This document shows, one piece after another, positions 44,909-55,196 of a stretch of 64,000 nt of DNA. Each line of letters starts with the position of its first letter. Within the stretch, counting starts at the first letter, position 1. This stretch comes from an uncultured Solirubrobacteraceae bacterium (GTDB lineage Bacteria; Actinomycetota; Thermoleophilia; Solirubrobacterales; Solirubrobacteraceae). The stretch covers positions 5,187-69,186 of the forward strand of contig CAWFAC010000014.1 of NCBI GenBank assembly GCA_963813625.1, read 5' to 3'. The translations under genes and the position numbers were made by a program. The notes beneath the pieces were generated by a model. The model saw nothing but the letters and a program-made list of their open reading frames with translations. It searched no databases and had not been told where the DNA came from.

Positions 44909-46123
44909 TCAGGCGCTCGCCTGGCGCAGGTTGTGGTCAATCGAGGCGAGGAACTCCTCGGTGGTCTGCCACGCTTGATCGGGGCCGATCAGCAGCGCCA
45001 GGTCCTTGGTCATGTTGCCGCTTTCGACCGTTTGCACGCACACGCGCTCAAGCGTCTCGGCGAAGCGGGTGACCTCGGGCGTGTCGTCCATCCGCCCGCG
45101 CGCGGACAGGCCGCGGGTCCAGGCGAAGATGGACGCGATCGGATTGGTGGACGTTGGCTTGCCCTGCTGATGCAGGCGGTAGTGACGGGTGACGGTGCCG
45201 TGCGCCGCCTCGGCCTCAACAGTCGCCCCGTCGGCGGTCATCAGCACGCTGCTCATCAGCCCGAGCGAGCCGAAGCCCTGCGCGACGGTGTCGGACTGCA
45301 CATCGCCGTCGTAGTTCTTGCACGCCCACACATAACCGCCCTCCCACTTCAGGCACGCAGCGACCATGTCGTCGATCAGGCGGTGTTCATAGGTGATGCC
45401 GGCCCGATCGAAGTCGGTCTTGAACTCGCTCTCGTACACGTCTTCGAAGATGTCTTTGAAGCGCCCGTCGTAGCGCTTGAGGATCGTGTTCTTGGTCGAC
45501 AGGTACACCGGGTAGCAGCGGCCGAGGCCGTAGCGCAGGCAGGCGCGCGCGAAGTCGCGGATCGAGTCATCGAGGTTGTACATGGCCATCGCCACGCCGC
45601 CGCCGGGAAAGTCGTACACGTCCAGCTCGATCGGCTGACCCCCGTCGGTGGGGGTGTACGTGAGCGTCAGCTTGCCCTCTCCCGGAACGACTAGGTCGGT
45701 CGCGCGGTACTGGTCGCCGAACGCGTGACGACCGATCACGATCGGCTTGGTCCAGCCGGGCACCAGGCGGGGAATGTTCGAGATGACGATCGGCTCGCGG
45801 AAGATGACGCCGCCGAGGATGTTGCGGATGGTTCCGTTGGGCGAGCGGTACATCTCCTTCAGGCCAAACTCCTTCACGCGAGCCTCGTCGGGGGTGATGG
45901 TCGCGCACTTGACCCCCACGCCGTAGCGCTTGATCGCTTCGGCCGCTTCCACCGTGATCCGATCGTCCGTGGCGTCGCGGCGCTCGATGCCGAGGTCGTA
46001 GTACTTCAGATCGACGTCCAGGTACGGGACGATCAGCCGCTCCTTGATGAACGACCAGATGACCCTGGTCATCTCATCGCCGTCGAGCTCGACGACGGGG
46101 TTCTTCACCTTGATCTTGGCCAT
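44909..46123 (-). CDS. icd: NADP-dependent isocitrate dehydrogenase (eukaryotic-like subfamily)
   Basis: [53 protein letters not shown]. Confidence 0.97.
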   Translation of the reverse strand: MAKIKVKNPVVELDGDEMTRVIWSFIKERLIVPYLDVDLKYYDLGIERRDATDDRITVEAAEAIKRYGVGVKCATITPDEARVKEFGLKEMYRSPNGTIRNILGGVIFREPIVISNIPRLVPGWTKPIVIGRHAFGDQYRATDLVVPGEGKLTLTYTPTDGGQPIELDVYDFPGGGVAMAMYNLDDSIRDFARACLRYGLGRCYPVYLSTKNTILKRYDGRFKDIFEDVYESEFKTDFDRAGITYEHRLIDDMVAACLKWEGGYVWACKNYDGDVQSDTVAQGFGSLGLMSSVLMTADGATVEAEAAHGTVTRHYRLHQQGKPTSTNPIASIFAWTRGLSARGRMDDTPEVTRFAETLERVCVQTVESGNMTKDLALLIGPDQAWQTTEEFLASIDHNLRQASA

Positions 46124-46193
46124 GAGCGGCCGGATGCTATCGCCCGCGTGCCCACCGCCTCCCCGAGCCCGATCTCTGCTTGACTGTCTTGTG

Positions 46194-47897
46194 ATGGCGA
46201 GCACCTTGTCGCAACCCGCCCAACACGACGTGCCGTGGCAGACGCATACGGTCGTCAACCAGGCGCCGCCGCTGGAGGGAATCGACGTCTTCACCAGCAA
46301 CGTGCCGCTGGTGGAGGCGGTCGAGCGCGAGGGCGCGGGCTGGGTGAGCGAGCGCGCGTCTGCGCTCGGGCGGTTGGTGGGCGGCGAGCCACAGCAGCTG
46401 TGGGGCAGGCTCGCGAACGAGAACAGGCCGGTGCTGCGCACGTTCGACCGTTACGGACACCGCATCGACGAGGTCGAGTTCCACCCGGCGTGGCACCAGC
46501 TGATGAAGATGGGGGTCGAGCACGAGCTGCATTCGCTGCCGTGGACGAGCGAGGAGGCCTTTGCGCACACGGCGCGCGCGGCGCTGTACATGACCGCGAT
46601 GCAGGCCGAGGCCGGGTTCTGCTGCCCGATCACCATGACCTTCGCGGTCGTGCCCGCTCTGCGCGCCACCCCCGAGCTGGCGAGCGAGTGGGAGCCGCTG
46701 GTGACGGCCACGCATTATGACCCGCGCCTGATCCCCGCGAGCGAGAAGGGCTGCGCGATCTCGGGCATGGCGATGACCGAGAAGCAGGGCGGCTCGGACG
46801 TACGGGCGAACACCACCGTGGCCCGCGCGTTGAACGGCGGCGGCGCCGGAGCGGAGTACGAAATCGTCGGGCACAAGTGGTTCTGCTCGGCGCCGATGTC
46901 CGACTTCTTCCTCGTGCTCGCTCAGACCGACGACGGCCTGTCCTGCTTTCTGCTGCCGCGCATCCTCCCCGACGGCAGCCGCAACGCGTTTCACATCCAG
47001 CGGCTGAAGGACAAGCTCGGTAACCACTCCAACGCCTCATCGGAGATTGAGCTGCACGGCGCGTGGGCGCGCATGCTGGGCGAGCCCGGCCGTGGCGTGC
47101 CGACGATCATCGAGATGGTCGGCCACACCCGCCTGGACTGCGTGATCGGCTCCGCCGCCGGGATGCGGGTCGGCGTGGTAAACGCCACCCACCACGCGGC
47201 CCATCGCAGTGCGTTCGGCAAGAAGCTGATCGACCAGCCGCTGATGCGCAACGTGCTCGCGGACCTGTGCCTGGAGTCCGAGGCGACCACCGCTCTTGCG
47301 ATGCGCCTGGCGCGCGCCTACGACGAGGCGCACGCTGACGCGGACGCCGGCGAGGCCTCCAGCGACGCGCAGCTGTTCAAGCGCCTGGCCACCGCGGTTG
47401 GCAAGTTCTGGACGTGCAAGCGCGCACCCAACCACGCGTACGAGTCGCTCGAGTGCCTGGGCGGCGCTGGATACGTCGAGGAGTCAGGCATGCCGCGCCT
47501 CTATCGCGAGGCGCCGCTGGCGTCGATCTGGGAGGGCTCAGGCAACGTCATGAGCCTCGACGTGCTGCGTGCGCTGACACGCTCGCCCCGCTCGCTGGAG
47601 GTGTTCCTGGAGGAGGTTGAGCAGGCCCGCGGCGCCGACGCGCGGCTGGACGCCCGCGTGGCGCAGCTGAAGGACCAGTTCGCCGACCCCGCCACGCTCG
47701 AGGAACGTGCCCGGCGCGTGGTCGAAGGTATGGCGCTGTGCCTGCAGGGCTCGCTGCTCGTGCGCAACGGCGACCCGGCCGTGGCCGACGCCTTCTGCGC
47801 CTCGCGCCTATCCGACGACGGAGGCCTCGAGTACGGCACGCTGCCGGCGGGCATCGACTTCGAGGCCATCATCGCCCGCTCTCGCCCGCAGGTGTAG
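46194..47897 (+). CDS. AidB-like acyl-CoA dehydrogenase
   Basis: [49 protein letters not shown]. Confidence 0.92.
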   Translation: MASTLSQPAQHDVPWQTHTVVNQAPPLEGIDVFTSNVPLVEAVEREGAGWVSERASALGRLVGGEPQQLWGRLANENRPVLRTFDRYGHRIDEVEFHPAWHQLMKMGVEHELHSLPWTSEEAFAHTARAALYMTAMQAEAGFCCPITMTFAVVPALRATPELASEWEPLVTATHYDPRLIPASEKGCAISGMAMTEKQGGSDVRANTTVARALNGGGAGAEYEIVGHKWFCSAPMSDFFLVLAQTDDGLSCFLLPRILPDGSRNAFHIQRLKDKLGNHSNASSEIELHGAWARMLGEPGRGVPTIIEMVGHTRLDCVIGSAAGMRVGVVNATHHAAHRSAFGKKLIDQPLMRNVLADLCLESEATTALAMRLARAYDEAHADADAGEASSDAQLFKRLATAVGKFWTCKRAPNHAYESLECLGGAGYVEESGMPRLYREAPLASIWEGSGNVMSLDVLRALTRSPRSLEVFLEEVEQARGADARLDARVAQLKDQFADPATLEERARRVVEGMALCLQGSLLVRNGDPAVADAFCASRLSDDGGLEYGTLPAGIDFEAIIARSRPQV

Positions 47898-47961
47898 CGG
47901 ACCCGCCGGCCCCCCCGCGCCAGCTTCCGGCGCTGAGCCACCGTGGGCCTAAGATTGACTC

Positions 47962-49134
47962 ATGCAACCGCGCAGAAACATGCAGCTCGCACGCATCTTC
48001 GGCATCCGCGTCGGCGTGAGCGCCAGCTGGTTCGTGTTCCTGTTCATCCTGATCTACCTACTCTCCCAGGACTACTTCCCCCAGGTGATGCGCGGTTCGC
48101 AGACGACCGCGTATGTCGTGGCGGTGGCGGGCGCGCTCGGCTACTTCGCCTCGCTGGTCCTGCACGAGATGGGGCACGCGCTGGTCGCGCGGCGGCTGGG
48201 CATCCCGATCGCCGGCATCGACCTGTGGTTCTTTGGAGGGCTCTCCCAGATGCGCCGCGAGCCCCAGAGCGCGGGCGAGGAACTCAAGATCGCGGCGGCC
48301 GGGCCGGCTGTGACGCTCGCGCTGTTCGCCCTCTGCCTGGGGGGAGTCGCCCTGCTTGCCACCAGCGGAACCGTGTCCGCTGTGGCGCTTACGCGTGAAA
48401 GCCTCAAGACGACGCCCGTGCTCGCGCTGCTCGGCTGGCTGGGCTTCATCAACGCGGCGCTGTTGCTGTTCAACATCGTTCCCGCGTTCCCGCTCGACGG
48501 CGGGCGCATCGCCCGCGCGGCGATCTGGTGGCGCACGGGGGATCGCAATCGAGCCACGCAGGTCACCGGACGCTCTGGACAGGTGTTCGCGCTGCTGCTA
48601 GGGCTGTTCGGGCTGTGGGTGTTCGCCAGCAGCGGCTCGACGCTTGGACTGATGACGATGCTGCTCGCGTTCTTCCTCTACCAGGCGGCCGGCGCCGCTG
48701 TGCTGCAGGGTGCGCTCGGCAGGCGCATTCGGAATATCACGGTGGCCGACATCATGGACCGCGAGCCGGTGACCATCCCAGCCGAGGTTACGCTCCTGGA
48801 TGCCCAGGAGCAGTTTTTCCTGCGCTACCGCTGGCCGTGGTTCGCGGTCGTCGATCCGGCGCGCCACTTCCTCGGCGTCGTGCGCCAGCAGCGCGTGGAC
48901 AGCGAGATCGCGGCTGGACGACCGGCGCTACCGGTGGTCGATGTGCTCGAGCAGGACATGCCCGTGCGGATCGGCGAAGAGGCGCCGCTGGAATCGCTGC
49001 TCGGCTCCGAGGGCCTCGGCCGGCTGGGCGCGATGGTGGCGGTCGACAGCGACGGCGTCCTGCGCGGCGTGGTCACGCTGGCGCAGGTGCGCAAGGCGCT
49101 GCGGCCGGCGCAGCCGGCCGGCTCGGCGACGTGA
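47962..49134 (+). CDS. Site-2 protease (M50) with CBS domains
   Basis: LHEMGH, AAAGP, FNIVPAFPLDGG, C-terminal CBS pair. TAAGAT lies 6 nt before the ATG. Confidence 0.93.
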   Translation: MQPRRNMQLARIFGIRVGVSASWFVFLFILIYLLSQDYFPQVMRGSQTTAYVVAVAGALGYFASLVLHEMGHALVARRLGIPIAGIDLWFFGGLSQMRREPQSAGEELKIAAAGPAVTLALFALCLGGVALLATSGTVSAVALTRESLKTTPVLALLGWLGFINAALLLFNIVPAFPLDGGRIARAAIWWRTGDRNRATQVTGRSGQVFALLLGLFGLWVFASSGSTLGLMTMLLAFFLYQAAGAAVLQGALGRRIRNITVADIMDREPVTIPAEVTLLDAQEQFFLRYRWPWFAVVDPARHFLGVVRQQRVDSEIAAGRPALPVVDVLEQDMPVRIGEEAPLESLLGSEGLGRLGAMVAVDSDGVLRGVVTLAQVRKALRPAQPAGSAT

Positions 49135-49308
49135 GGCTCGCCGCCCGCGCGCCAGACGTGAGGCTCGCCGCCCGCGCGCCAGACGTGAGGCTCGCCGCCC
49201 GCGCGCCAGACGCGAGGCTTGCCGCCCGCGCGCCAGAGGTGAGGCCCGCCGCCCGCGCGCCAGACGCGAGGCCCGCTGGCCGCATGGCAGACCCGAGGCT
49301 CGCCGGCC
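49131..49308 (+). repeat. About 6.5 x 27-bp intergenic tandem repeat
   Basis: GTGAGGCTCGCCGCCCGCGCGCCAGAC x3 exact (49131-49211), then degenerating copies to about 49308. No spacers. Confidence 0.9.
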
Positions 49309-49372
49309 TCGCGTTATAGAGTCCCGGACCGCAGTCCCCTCTTTCGTTCCCCCCACGCGACCTCACGGAGCC

Positions 49373-51085
49373 ATGCCAGCACACGACGTCTTGATCATCG
49401 GGGCCGGTCTCGCGGGCCAGCGCGCGGCGCTGGCGGCCGCGCGGGAGGGCGCCAGCGTGGCGATCATGAGCAAGGTCCACCCGGTGCGCTCGCACTCGGT
49501 GGCCGCCGCCGGCGGCATCAACGCGGCGATCAGCGTGGATGACGACTGGCACTCTCACGCGTACGACACGGTCAAGGGCTCGGACTTCCTCGGCGACCAG
49601 GACGCGATCGAAGTCATGTGCTCAGAGGCTCCCGCGGAGGTGATGCACCTCGAGCACATCGGCGTGACCTTCCACCGCAACGACAGGGGCGAGATGGACC
49701 TGCGCGCGTTCGGCGGAGCGTCGATGAAGCGCACCGCGTACGTCGCCGACATCACCGGCCAGGCGATGTTGCACGTCCTCTACGAGCAGTTGATGAAGCA
49801 CCACGAGACCGTCGAGCGCTACGAGGAGTGGTTCACGACGTCCCTGCTCCGGGAAGACGCCGGCCGCTGCTGCGGCGTGATCGCGCGCGACGTGCGCAGC
49901 GGGCGGATGGAGGCGTTCACGGCCAAGAACGTGATCCTCGCGTGCGGTGGCGCCGGGCAGGCGTACAAGCCGACGACCAACGGGCTGATCGTCACCGGCG
50001 ACGGGATCGCCATGGCCTATCGCGCGGGGGCGCCGCTGATGGACATGGAGATGGTCCAGTACCACCCGACCTGCCTGGTCGAGACAGGCATCCTCATCAC
50101 CGAGGGCGCCCGCGGCGAGGGCGCCCACCTGCTCAACGCCAACGGCGAACGCTTCATGGAGAAAACAGCGCCCAACAAGATGGAGCTCGCCTCGCGCGAC
50201 GTGGTCTCCCGGGCGGAGCAGATCGAGATCGACGAAGGCCGCGGCGTCGGCCCCAACGGCGCGGGCATCTTCCTGGACGTGACCGTGGTGCCGCGCAAGC
50301 GCACGCTGGAGGCGCTGCGGGAGATCGTGAACCTCGGCCGCGACTTCGCCGGCGTGGACATCACACGCGAACCGATCACGATCCGACCCGGCCAGCACTA
50401 CATCATGGGCGGCGTAAAGACCGACGTCGACGGGCGCACATCGATCGACGGGCTGTACGCGGCCGGGGAGGTGGCGTGCGTGTCCGTCCACGGCGGCAAC
50501 CGGCTCGGCGCCAACTCGCTGCTGGACACTCTGATCTTTGGCCGCCGCTCCGGCGAGCACGCCGCGGCACGCGCCGCGAGCATGGCGATGCCCCCCGTCG
50601 ACGCCAACGCCGCGCTGCGCGAGGACGTCGCGCGGATCGACTCGATCCTGGCGCGCCCGAAGGATGGGGGACCCACCCACCCACGGCGAGTGTCCGAGAT
50701 CAAGAGCGAGCTCGGCGAGCTGATGAACCGCCACGCGGCGGTGTTCCGCGACGAGCAGGGGCTACAGAGCGCGCTCGAGACGATCGGACGGCTAAAAGAG
50801 GAGGCCGACCGCGCCTGGATCGACGACCGCGGCACGGTCTTCAACCAGGACGTGCTCGGCGCGATCGAGCTCGGCTATATGGTCGACTGCGCCGAGGCGA
50901 CCGTGGTCGCGGCGCTCGAGCGCAAGGAGTCCCGCGGCGCGCAGTTCCGCACCGACTACCCCGAGCGCAACGACGCGGACTGGCTCAAGCACATCGACAT
51001 CTCGCTCGGCATTGATGAAACCCCCCAGGTCAGCTATTCGCCGGTCACCATCACCCAGTGGCAGCCCGAGGAGAGGAAGTACTGA
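49373..51085 (+). CDS. sdhA: Succinate dehydrogenase/fumarate reductase flavoprotein
   Basis: IIGAGLAG, RSHSVAAAGG (FAD-His), QYHPT, EGARGEG, ELASRD, HYIMGG, HGGNRLGANSL, RKESRGA. Confidence 0.93.
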   Translation: MPAHDVLIIGAGLAGQRAALAAAREGASVAIMSKVHPVRSHSVAAAGGINAAISVDDDWHSHAYDTVKGSDFLGDQDAIEVMCSEAPAEVMHLEHIGVTFHRNDRGEMDLRAFGGASMKRTAYVADITGQAMLHVLYEQLMKHHETVERYEEWFTTSLLREDAGRCCGVIARDVRSGRMEAFTAKNVILACGGAGQAYKPTTNGLIVTGDGIAMAYRAGAPLMDMEMVQYHPTCLVETGILITEGARGEGAHLLNANGERFMEKTAPNKMELASRDVVSRAEQIEIDEGRGVGPNGAGIFLDVTVVPRKRTLEALREIVNLGRDFAGVDITREPITIRPGQHYIMGGVKTDVDGRTSIDGLYAAGEVACVSVHGGNRLGANSLLDTLIFGRRSGEHAAARAASMAMPPVDANAALREDVARIDSILARPKDGGPTHPRRVSEIKSELGELMNRHAAVFRDEQGLQSALETIGRLKEEADRAWIDDRGTVFNQDVLGAIELGYMVDCAEATVVAALERKESRGAQFRTDYPERNDADWLKHIDISLGIDETPQVSYSPVTITQWQPEERKY

Positions 51086-52179
51086 TGGCCGAAGCGCACG
51101 ACCGCCCGGCGGAGCAGTTCACGCTCAGGCTGCGACGCTACGACCCCGAATCGGGCGAGGCTCCCTACTGGGACGAGCACACGATCGAGCTCGAGCCGCA
51201 CCGCTCGGTGCTCGAGGCGATCCTGCAGGCGCGCGACCGCTTCGACGGTTCGATCGGCATCCGCTGCTCCTGCAGGCAGGCGATCTGCGGCTCGTGCGGG
51301 GTGCGCGTCAACGGCGAACCGTCGCTGGCCTGCCACACCCACCTGGACGCCGCCAAGCGCAGCGCGCGCGAGGGCGTGATCGAGATCGAACCGATGGGCA
51401 ACATGCCCGTGATCAAGGACCTGATCGTGGACATGGACGCCGTCCACTGGACCAAGATTCAGCGGGTCACGCCCTGGCTGCTGGCCAGACAGCCGGTGCC
51501 CGAGCGCGAGTACATCGTCCCGAAAGAGTCGATGGTCGACGTCACCCAGACGATGGCGTGCATCCAGTGCGGCGCGTGCGTGTCTGACTGCCTGGCGATG
51601 GAGGTCGACCCGGGCTTCATCGGCCCGGCGGCGCTCGCCAAGGCCTACCGTTTCGTCGGCGACCCGCGCGACGATCAGCAGTTCGAGCGTCTCAACGACC
51701 TGGCGCAGGACCCGCAGGGCATCTTCGACTGCACCCACTGCTTCAAGTGTGTCGACGCCTGCCCCAAGGGCGTCAACCCGATGGGCCAGATCATGCGCCT
51801 GCGGCGGATCGCGATCGCCGATCACCACATCGTCGATCAGAACAACGGCGAGCGCCACGAGGCGGCGTTCACGGAGCTCATCAGGGACAACGGCCTGCTG
51901 TGGGAGGCCGAGCTGATCCCGCGCTCCTACGGGGGCAACTCGTGGTTCGGCAAATTCCACCCAGCCACGGGCAAGGAGCTGCTGAGCTCGCTGCCCTCGA
52001 TCGCCAAGGCGCTGCTGCGCCGAAAGGTCACCCCGGCGGGGGCGCTCAAACCGCACAAGATCCCGGCGAGCGATCTGAAGAGCGTGCAGGCCGTGTACGA
52101 CAAGATCGAGAGCCGCGACCGGTCCTCGGGCCAGCGCTACGAGCTGAACCTGTACGTGTCTGGGGAGGACGAATCATGA
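51085..52179 (+). CDS. sdhB: Succinate dehydrogenase iron-sulfur subunit
   Basis: CSCRQAICGSC...C, CIQCGACVSDC, CTHCFKCVDACP. Confidence 0.93.
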   Translation: MAEAHDRPAEQFTLRLRRYDPESGEAPYWDEHTIELEPHRSVLEAILQARDRFDGSIGIRCSCRQAICGSCGVRVNGEPSLACHTHLDAAKRSAREGVIEIEPMGNMPVIKDLIVDMDAVHWTKIQRVTPWLLARQPVPEREYIVPKESMVDVTQTMACIQCGACVSDCLAMEVDPGFIGPAALAKAYRFVGDPRDDQQFERLNDLAQDPQGIFDCTHCFKCVDACPKGVNPMGQIMRLRRIAIADHHIVDQNNGERHEAAFTELIRDNGLLWEAELIPRSYGGNSWFGKFHPATGKELLSSLPSIAKALLRRKVTPAGALKPHKIPASDLKSVQAVYDKIESRDRSSGQRYELNLYVSGEDES

Positions 52180-53090
52180 AGGTCGCCTACTGGCCCGGCT
52201 GCGTCAGTCGCGGCTTCACACCAGAGCTGCACGGCTCGATGGCCAAGGTCGCGCCGCTGCTGGACATCGAGCTGGTCGAGCTCGACCGCGCCTGCTGCAC
52301 CGGCGCGGGCGTGATCGCCGAGCACAACCAGGAGCTCGCCGACACGCTCAACGCGCGCACGTTCGCGCTCGCCCAGCAGGTGGACGGGGCAGAGCTGATG
52401 ATGAACATCTGCTCCACCTGCCAGGGGGCCCAGAGCGAGTGCCAGGAGCGCCTGGACGCCAGCGCCGAGTACCGCGCGCACGTCAACTCCACACTGTCGG
52501 CCGAGGGGCTCAGCTATGAAAAGGATCCCGCCCGACCGCTGACCAACAAGAACTTCCTGTGGCTGCTGGTCGAGGAGATCGGCCTCGAGAGCCTGCGCTC
52601 GCGGGTCACGCGCCCGCTGAGCAACCTCAAGGTGGGACCCTTCTATGGCTGCTACATCGTCCGCCCGCGCGAGCGCCTGGGCATCGACGAGGCGCACCCG
52701 CGTGACCACTACCTGCACCAGGTGATCGACGCGCTCGGCGGGACCGTGATCGAGTACGCGGGCATGCGCAAGTGCTGCGGATTCCCGATCGTCACGATGA
52801 ACAAGGAGGCCTCGCTCAAGCAGGCCGGGCGCCACCTCGGCGACGCTGTCGACGCTGAAGCCGACTGCCTGGTCACCCCCTGCCCGCTGTGTCATCTGAA
52901 CCTCGACCTGCAGCAGCCGCTGGCCGAGAGAGTCGTCGGCAGGGAGCTCGACATGCCGGTGCTGCACCTGCCCCAGCTCGTCGGCCTGGCGCTCGGCCTG
53001 CAGCCCGACGAGCTCGGCCTCAGCCGCCACGTGGTGCGCCCGACCTCCGTGATCGACTGGTCGACGTCCGTGGTGGCAGCCGCGGCCTGA
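52176..53090 (+). CDS. HdrB-like CCG-domain protein (SdhE-type anchor)
   Basis: YWPGC, ACCTGAG, CSTC, FYGC, KCCGFP, PCPLCHLNLD...PVLHLPQLVGLALG. Confidence 0.9.
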   Translation: MKVAYWPGCVSRGFTPELHGSMAKVAPLLDIELVELDRACCTGAGVIAEHNQELADTLNARTFALAQQVDGAELMMNICSTCQGAQSECQERLDASAEYRAHVNSTLSAEGLSYEKDPARPLTNKNFLWLLVEEIGLESLRSRVTRPLSNLKVGPFYGCYIVRPRERLGIDEAHPRDHYLHQVIDALGGTVIEYAGMRKCCGFPIVTMNKEASLKQAGRHLGDAVDAEADCLVTPCPLCHLNLDLQQPLAERVVGRELDMPVLHLPQLVGLALGLQPDELGLSRHVVRPTSVIDWSTSVVAAAA

Positions 53091-53118
53091 GGCCGACGGC
53101 GTCGCGCTGGGCCTGACC

Positions 53119-54195
53119 GTGCGAATCCTGACCGTCGTAGGCAACCGGCCGCAGTTCATCAAGGCCGCGGCCGTGTCGGGCCCGCTGCGCGAGCGCCACG
53201 AGGAGATCCTCGTGCACACTGGCCAGCACCACGACGACTCGCTCTCCCGGGTGTTCTTCAGCGAGCTGGGCCTACAGCGCCCCGAGCGCGAGCTGGGGAT
53301 CGGCGGCGGCTCCAACACCTCGCAGACCGCTCGCATGCTCGCGGCATTCGAGCCGCTGCTGGCCGAACTCGAGCCAGACGCTGCGCTCGTCTACGGCGAC
53401 ACCAACTCGACGCTCGCGGGCGCGCTCGCCGCCGCGCAGGCGCAGATCCCGGTCGTGCATGTGGAGGCGGGCATGCGATCGTTCGACCGCACGATGCCCG
53501 AGGAGCTCAACCGCGTGCTCACCGATCATCTCAGCGAGCTGCTGCTGTGCTCATCGCAGACCGCCGGCGAGCACCTCCGGGCCGAGTCCGTCGCCGGCAC
53601 GGCCGAGGTCGTCGGCGACGTGATGGTCGATCTCGCCCTTCGCTGGGGCCCAGCGGCGCGCGCCAACCTCGCGCTGCCCGCCGCCTACGACGTGGCGCCG
53701 GGCGCGTACCTGCTGCTCACCGCGCACCGCGCCGGGAACGTCGATGACCCCGCTCGGCTCGGCATGCTCGTCAAGCTGGTGAGGGCGCTGCCGGTTCCGA
53801 TCATCCTCCCACTGCACCCGCGCACCCGCGCGCGCCTGCAGGAAGGCGATCTGCTCGAGGAGCTCGAGGCAATCGAGGGGGTCAGCGTCACCGAGCCGCT
53901 CGGCTACGTCGAGTTCAGCGCGCTGCTCTATCACGCGCGCGCCGTCGTCACCGACTCGGGCGGCGTCCAGAAGGAGGCGTACCTTGCCGGCGTGCCGTGC
54001 GTGACGCTGAGGGTGAGCACAGAGTGGGTCGAGACCGTCGAGGCCGGCTGGAACACGCTCGTCGACCTGGACCCCCCGCTGGCGCTCGCCGCGCTCCACA
54101 GAACGACCCCGAGCGAGCGTCCGCCCCTGTATGGCGACGGCCACGCGGCCGAGCGCTGCGTCCAGGCGATCGACCGCATGGAGCAACGGTCGTGA
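53119..54195 (+). CDS. wecB: UDP-N-acetylglucosamine 2-epimerase (non-hydrolysing)
   Basis: VGNRPQFIK, HTGQH, YGDTNST, HVEAGMRS, TDSGGVQKEA. Confidence 0.93.
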   Translation: MRILTVVGNRPQFIKAAAVSGPLRERHEEILVHTGQHHDDSLSRVFFSELGLQRPERELGIGGGSNTSQTARMLAAFEPLLAELEPDAALVYGDTNSTLAGALAAAQAQIPVVHVEAGMRSFDRTMPEELNRVLTDHLSELLLCSSQTAGEHLRAESVAGTAEVVGDVMVDLALRWGPAARANLALPAAYDVAPGAYLLLTAHRAGNVDDPARLGMLVKLVRALPVPIILPLHPRTRARLQEGDLLEELEAIEGVSVTEPLGYVEFSALLYHARAVVTDSGGVQKEAYLAGVPCVTLRVSTEWVETVEAGWNTLVDLDPPLALAALHRTTPSERPPLYGDGHAAERCVQAIDRMEQRS

Positions 54196-55193
54196 GCTCA
54201 TCGCCCGAGACGGTCCGCGTCGGTGTCGTCGGGCTCGGCTACTGGGGGCCGAACCTCGCGCGCAACCTCGCCGCGATTCCCGGCTGCGAGCTCGTGTGGC
54301 TGTGTGACCCAGACGAGCAGGCGCGCGCGAAGCTCGCGCGCTCGTTCCCCACCGCGCGCGCCACGGACGCGCTCGCCGATCTGCTCGACGACGGCCAGCT
54401 CGACGCGATCGTGCTCGCCACGCCCGTGCCAACTCACGCCGAGCTGGTGGTCGCGGTGGCAGGTGCGGGTAAGCACTGCTTTGTGGAGAAGCCGCTCGCC
54501 ACGACGGCCGCCGACGCCGCGCGGGCGGTGGCGACCGCGGCGGCCGCCGAGAAGATCCTGATGGTCGGCCATCTGCTCGAGTACCACCCCGCGGTCGCCC
54601 GGCTGAAGGAGCTGATCGACTCCGACGAGCTGGGCGGGCTGTTCTACATCTACGGCAACCGCCTGAACCTGGGCAAGCTGCGGGCAGACGAGAACGCGCT
54701 GTGGAGCCTCGGCGCCCACGACGTGTCCGTGGCGCTGCACCTGATCGGCGAGGAGCCCGAGCAGTGCGTCGCGCACGGCGCCTCCTACGTGCGCAAGGAC
54801 GCGGGCGTGCAGGACGTCGTCTTCTGCTACCTGCGCTTTCCCTCGGGGATCGTCGCCCACCTCCATCTCAGCTGGCTGGACCCGCACAAGGAGCGACGCA
54901 TCACGGTCGTCGGCTCGCGCCGGATGGCCACCTTCGACGACATGCTGATCGAGGGCAAGCTCACGATCTACGACAAGGGCTTCGATCAGGACACGCGCTC
55001 GTGGGGCGAGTACATCGCCCGCTCCGGCGACACCTTCTCGCCGCAGATCCCCAACCTCGAGCCGCTGCGGATCGAGTGCGAGCACTTCATCCACTGCGTC
55101 CGCACCGGCAGCACACCGCGCTCGGACGGCCACAGCGGGCTGCGGGTCGTGCGCGTGCTGGAGGCGCTGCAGCGCTCGCTCGAGCGCCCGTAA
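54192..55193 (+). CDS. Gfo/Idh/MocA family oxidoreductase
   Basis: VGVVGLGYWGPNLARN, CFVEKP, LGAHD, SWLDPHK. Confidence 0.9.
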   Translation: MSSSPETVRVGVVGLGYWGPNLARNLAAIPGCELVWLCDPDEQARAKLARSFPTARATDALADLLDDGQLDAIVLATPVPTHAELVVAVAGAGKHCFVEKPLATTAADAARAVATAAAAEKILMVGHLLEYHPAVARLKELIDSDELGGLFYIYGNRLNLGKLRADENALWSLGAHDVSVALHLIGEEPEQCVAHGASYVRKDAGVQDVVFCYLRFPSGIVAHLHLSWLDPHKERRITVVGSRRMATFDDMLIEGKLTIYDKGFDQDTRSWGEYIARSGDTFSPQIPNLEPLRIECEHFIHCVRTGSTPRSDGHSGLRVVRVLEALQRSLERP

Positions 55194-55196
55194 CGG

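Noticed and set aside
49131-49308. CRISPR array
   Set aside because: Units are contiguous with no unique spacers and there are no cas genes. The same applies to the palindromes at 28652-28745.
48800-49372. N-terminal extension of SdhA through the tandem repeat
   Set aside because: It overlaps the M50 gene in another frame. GGAG precedes ATG 49373, where the Rossmann motif begins.
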